A stretch of DNA of 57,887 bases, filler included, from Platydemus manokwari (Eukaryota): NCBI GenBank assembly GCA_037951405.1. It is 5 parts of 5 records of this genome, joined end to end, with 100 filler letters (N's around TTAATTAATTAA, not from the genome) between each part and the next. Parts side by side here need not be neighbours in the genome. Positions count along the whole stretch, not along the records: positions 47,715 to 57,887 come from JBBMOY011161214.1; 4 more parts are not named here. One strand, 5' to 3'. This document shows, in pieces, positions 53,220 to 57,887 of the stretch (within the stretch, counting starts at the first letter, position 1; every line of letters begins with the position of its first letter). The notes under the pieces were generated by a model. It had not been told where the DNA came from and searched no databases. It saw only the letters and a list, made by a program, of their open reading frames with translations. The translations under genes and the position numbers were made by a program.

Positions 53220-55206
53220 CGGGTCAACATTGTTCAATATGAGCTCTGCTTAATATGAACATAGTTTAATGTGAACATTTATGCCAAAAATTATTGGAAA
53301 TCATATAGTTTTTATAGGAAATTATGTTTTATAATACGAAGACTGTTTGTTTTGAACAGTGAACAAAAAATGATGGAAAAATAAATCAATAAATTATACA
53401 ATCATTGTTTAAAAGTTTAATTTTAAGCTGCCTTTTATGAAAATGAAAAACAAAAATTGAAAACGTAAGAGAAAGGATTTAAGTATAGAAGAGAATCAGA
53501 AATTGTTAAAATTATTCGATGAAAGTAAAGATTGTTCTCAAAGCTTTCTTTCATCAAATTATAATCTTTCATTGGGATGTATAAATAATCCAATGAAATT
53601 TAAAGACTCCATTTTGAATTCAAATTTGAATAACAAACAAAAACGAAAAACACATTTACGTGATGGATATCAAGTTGATGCCTTCTTAGATGAATGGTTT
53701 AAGATCCACAGAATAAGAAATATCAGTGTTAATGGTGATATACTACAGCAAAAAGAGTCAGAATTAGCAAATCATTTAAGAAATCATGATTTTAAAGCAT
53801 TAAGAAACCATTAAAAGAAATTTTTGAGACTGTCTATGGAAAATAATGCAAAATGAATCAATAAATTATGCAATCATTGTTTAAATATTTAATTTTAAGC
53901 TGCTTTTTATCAACATGAAAAACAAAAATTGAAAACGTTAGAGAAAGGATTTAAGTATAGAAGAAAATCAGAAATTGTTAAAATTATTCGATGAAGATAA
54001 AGGTTGTTTTGTGTGAGGAAAATTCAAATTAACTAATAATAATTTTAAATAATAATAATAATAATAATTAAAACTTAAGATAATATAAGAAACTTCAAAA
54101 TATAAAAAAATAGTATTTTGAAATTTATATTGGAATATTTACAATAAAGTAATTAAATGATTAAATATTTTTTTATCTATACCTGATTAATATTGATTAA
54201 GAAATCTCTCTAGAAAAGGCATTTTAATTTATTGGTATAAAATAAATATTAAGAAAATCGTAATAATGGCTTCTTTTATTGAAACATCAATTTCAAGTTA
54301 AGTAGCCGCTAATAATATTCTCAGCACTTTCTTTCATCAAATTATAATCTTTCATTGGGATGTATAAATAATCCAATGAAATCTAAAGACGCCACTTTCA
54401 ATTCAAATTTGAATACCAAACAAAAACGAAAAAAAACAAATTTACGTGATGGATATCAAGTTGATGGCATCTTAGATGAATGGTTTCAGATCCACAGAAT
54501 TAGAAATATCAGTGTCTGTGGTGATATACTACAGCAAAAAACATTAGAATTAGCAAATCATTTAGGAGTTCATGGTTTTAAAGCATTGAATAGTTATAAG
54601 AAACCATTGAAAGAAACTTTTGAGACTGTCTATGGATTTTAATTTAGAAAATAATGTTACACAAGAGATATGGTGTAAAAATGTTTATTTATATCAAGCA
54701 GCTGTTTAGATTTCTAAAGCATGGAATAGTGTAAAACCTGCGATTATTTCTAATTGTTTTACCAGGTCTTTCGAATACTGAATGTGATGATTTTCCACTC
54801 TTTAAAATTGATCAAAAATTTGATCAAATCTCTTGTTTAGTTTAGTCGAAAAGTATGAAAATGAAAAAAACAAATGATAATTCTGTTTAAAAGAAGGAAG
54901 AAGATACAGCAATAACAGGATTTGAAGCCAATGGGTATGCAAAAAAAACTTGAAAAATATTCCAGATAAGATGAACAAAATATGGGATTTGATTGAAGAA
55001 ATTCCAAGAGAAAAAGCATCTAGACAGTTGGAAATCACAGACTTTATTACGTGTCAAAGAAATGAAAATTGTGATAAATAGGGGTAATCAATACTTTTTT
55101 GTGAAATCTTTGATATTGCTATGTTAATAACTGTTCATATTATTTTGTTAATATGAACATTTGAAAAAATTTAAACGCTAGTGTTCATATTGAACAAGGT
55201 TGACTG
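53220..55206 (+). mobile_element. Non-autonomous pogo/Tigger element with TIRs and an internal duplication, inside ferlin intron 1
   Basis: Left end TA|CGGGTCAACATTGTTCAATATGA, right end GTGTTCATATTGAACAAGGTTGACTG. CENP-B-type HTH ORFs 53503-53814 and 54355-54642 (LDEWF..HRIRNISVxGDILQQK). Most of the DDE domain is absent. Confidence 0.88.
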
Positions 55207-55419
55207 CACGTATGAATACGAAAAACGAAGCAATCATGATTTATTAATATTTTGGTTTGATGGCTTAGTTAAGTTGATTTTTAAATTATATCGTGTCTTA
55301 TATTGAATTACGTAATTCAAAATACCTGTGTAAGGCAAATAAAGGTATTAATATTAAGTTCTTTAACACATAATTAAAGTGCAATTAAAGTACACAACAA
55401 AAACAATAATAAATCTTAC

Positions 55420-55498
55420 ATCTGAAAGTAAGCTTGACATATTTATCTCCACTTTGAACAGATCCATCCAAATATTTTACATTTACACTCAAAGACAT
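55420..55498 (-). CDS. Otoferlin-like ferlin exon 1 (start of C2A)
   Basis: ATG at 55498; 79 nt; MSLSVNVKYLDGSVQSGDKYVKLTFR|gtaaga. Comparable to the otoferlin N-terminus [26 protein letters not shown] (recalled). Phase 1 joins exon 2 in frame. Confidence 0.9.
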
Positions 55499-55720
55499 TA
55501 CTTATGCTGCTGCACCATAAACAATAAATTATGAAAAAAAATAAATATAAATAAATAAAATTGATCGTTATTGAATAAATGACAAAATAATACAACTCAT
55601 CATGACAATGGACCATGATGACTCATTCTAAATCAAATCGACCAACAGGTTTGCAGTTGATTACGATTCATCCAACCGTAAAAATGAAATAGATTTTATA
55701 GTTGTGATATCAGATATAAC

Positions 55721-55798
55721 TAGTGGTAAAAGGGCTATTTTAAAGTACACTCCTTCACTTAGTTCAGAAATGTGTTTTAAAAAGCCCCTTTACCATTA
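55721..55798. repeat. Imperfect inverted repeat (~27-bp stem, ~21-nt loop)
   Basis: TAGTGGTAAAAGGGCTATTTTAAAGTACAC versus GTGTTTTAAAAAGCCCCTTTACCATTA. Confidence 0.8.
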
Positions 55799-55967
55799 TC
55801 AATTATAAAATTCTCTGCTTGAACATGTATTTTCTTATAGCATTCTTACCACTATTAATTCTTGATTCCATTCCATCCCATTTTTTGTTCATAATAATGT
55901 ATTTTATGTATGTGTGGTGTTAAACCTATATTGATATATTTTACCATCACATTATTCTTGTGAATCT

Positions 55968-56339
55968 TTAAAGATAAAATGATTGGAAAACCATTGGAGA
56001 TAATGAACATCTTTCCGAATCTTATATTCGAGAATTCCAAGATAAAGTAGATTGGGTTTATATCTTTAGGAAGTAAACCTTATCAGAATCTTTTGTAAGA
56101 GAATTTAAAGATAAAGTAAATTGGAAAATTATTTCATGTCGTAAAGAAGTATCAAAATATTTTATCTGAGAATTCCACGATAAAGCGGATTGGAAATGTA
56201 TTTCAAAATATCAATTATTATCTGAAGATTTTATTAGAGAATTTCAAGATAAAGTTGATTCGAAATAGATTTCACGAGGTGAAATTGAATCAAATATTAT
56301 TTTATTAATAGCGTTTTCCACATTTTTTAAAATCTAAAA
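55968..56339 (+). pseudogene. Tryptophan-repeat family gene (23-aa LSExFIREFxDKVDW repeats), disrupted
   Basis: Frame from 55981: DWKTIGDNEHLSESYIREFQDKV DWVYIFRK*TLSESFVREFKDKV NWKIISCRKEVSKYFI*EFHDKA DWKCISKYQLLSEDFIREFQDKV DSK*. Trp codons are exactly 69 nt apart (55984, 56053, 56122, 56191). Confidence 0.88.
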
Positions 56340-57004
56340 ATGACCATTGTTTGGAAAAAAATTAAAATCAAATTTAATAATCATCCAAATATCCCTTCAT
56401 CATTTAGAATGTTAATTGTTGGAAGTACAGAATGTGGTAAAAATTAATTACTTTTTAAAATATCATTAACACCCGGATTTTTAGATTATGATAATTTAAT
56501 AATATTTTCAAAAATTGCAAATGGCTTATCAAAAGAAAGTATTATAAAAATATTTCAAGACCAGTATAGATTTGATAAATATTTAACTATTCGATAAATT
56601 TGTGAACTTTACGCAGAAATTTTGTCACCTCTAGAAAAAAGTGAGATATCAATAAACACGATTTCTAAATTTAATGAAATTATGAACCCTTCAAATTTAA
56701 ATATAACTAAAATGAATTTAATGATTTTTGATGAGTGTGTAACAGAGAAAAACAAAGAAATAATGTCTGTTTATTACACAGTATGATGACGTAATATGTG
56801 TAATAGTATTCACCTTTTTCAGCGTTGGTTTGATGTACCTAAAAAGATGATAAGAAATAATTAAAATTTTATTATTTAATTTAAAATAAATAAAAGAAGT
56901 AAAGATTTAATACAGTGTGATTTATTTTCTAACACTATAGAAAAAGAAGAATTTAATATTTTGTAAATAAACAATTGAACGAGAAATATAAATATAAATG
57001 TATA
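56340..57004 (+). pseudogene. A32/FtsK-HerA-like DNA packaging ATPase of Polinton/adintovirus type, with in-frame stops
   Basis: Single frame: MTIVW...IPSSFRMLIVGSTECGKN* (Walker A), LDYDNLIIFSK, MNLMIFDE (Walker B), YYTV**RNMCNSIHLFQ (RGRHxN...xQ motif position), PKKMIRNN*N. No introns. Confidence 0.85.
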
Positions 57005-57043
57005 AAAATAAAGTTATAATAATTGAAGTTGTGTTTATAATTT

Positions 57044-57789
57044 ATGAGAATACCTGCTAAAACAGATGTGTTTACAATTTATGAAGAAGAAAAATAAAGA
57101 CTTAAATTTATAAATTGAAAAATGGGAAGCTTTGATATAAAAACGAATGAAAGAATTAGAAAATATAATTTCCTTTAAAAATCTAATAAATACTAAAGCT
57201 GAAGTAAAATTAATATTTTAAAATTTTGATGAATCGAGGTATCAGTGAATTTGGCTAACATTTACTAGTATCTGTTGTGCAAAATCCAGTTAAAAATCTC
57301 TTAGCAATTGGAGACTTGAAAACATCTGCTAATGAAACAAATAAAACTTTAAATGAAGCTATTCAGAATTTTAAACTTCTGATAAATGCAGTACGTGGTG
57401 AAATAAGCAGTGGAAATTTTGCAATAAATTAAGAAAAAATTTTTAGAAAAAGATGGTAGAAGTAAAGGTGAAAATATTTTATCAAGCTTGGGAGAAAGAG
57501 TATATAATGGAGTAAATTTCCGAATTTAATTATTAATAAACTAGAATTTCTAATTATTAAACATAAAGGTGAAAATCATTTAAATTTAGATGATAGTTTT
57601 CTTGACAAATTAAATGAAAATTCGTGTTATTTAATATTTGGAAGTGTAGATATAGAAAAACTAATAAAGAAAGGACAGTTCTCTGTTAAAGATTCTTATC
57701 TAGAGATTTCTAGGAAAGCAAGAATTTCTGCTCAACAATTTGCATCAATTAAATATCCAACAGATCTTAAGAATGTAAAAAAAGAATGA
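57044..57789 (+). pseudogene. Disrupted ORF of unknown function downstream of the ATPase
   Basis: ATG 57044 begins MRIPAKTDVFTIYEEENKDLNL*IEKWEAL*. An 82-codon open stretch at 57541-57789 reads LEFLIIKHKGENHLNLDDSFLDKLNEN...KNVKKE*. E/K-rich and intronless. Confidence 0.55.
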
Positions 57790-57887
57790 ATCGAAATAAT
57801 TATACAATTGAAAATACCAGGTTGAGTCAAAAGTTATTCATGTTTTTATGCAGGTATTTTATTAACACAAATTGTTATAACGCTGAA

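Larger units (their letters stand above)
55968..57887 (+). mobile_element. Polinton/Maverick- or adintovirus-like endogenous viral relic (truncated by the window end)
   Basis: Three tightly packed, co-oriented, intronless genes, including a packaging ATPase. No pPolB, integrase, capsid or TIR is visible in the window. Confidence 0.72.

Overview
Very AT-rich eukaryotic DNA with short 44-61 nt introns. It resembles a planarian-type flatworm genome (inference). It consists of five contigs joined by identical 100-nt gaps carrying an artificial TTAATTAATTAA spacer, so adjacency across gaps is not guaranteed. Host genes: a complete 4-exon sigma-class glutathione S-transferase (18551-19314,+); one internal exon of a Src/Fyn-family tyrosine kinase (39198-39408,+); and five 5' exons of an otoferlin-like ferlin (C2A domain plus acidic linker, 55498 to 48084,-) that the ORF track largely misses. 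Most other recognisable DNA is decayed transposon: several Ty3/Gypsy relics, two pogo/Tigger copies, two mariner-like ends, and a ~5 kb NeSL/Utopia/LIN-type non-LTR retrotransposon (RT, CCHC, restriction-like endonuclease, Ulp1-protease motif). The most unusual segment is the last ~2 kb. It is an intronless, pseudogenised, virus-like gene array (23-aa tryptophan-repeat gene, A32-like packaging ATPase, unknown ORF), read as a Polinton/adintovirus-like endogenous element lying just upstream of the ferlin start codon. All calls come from manual reading and translation; no database search was run.
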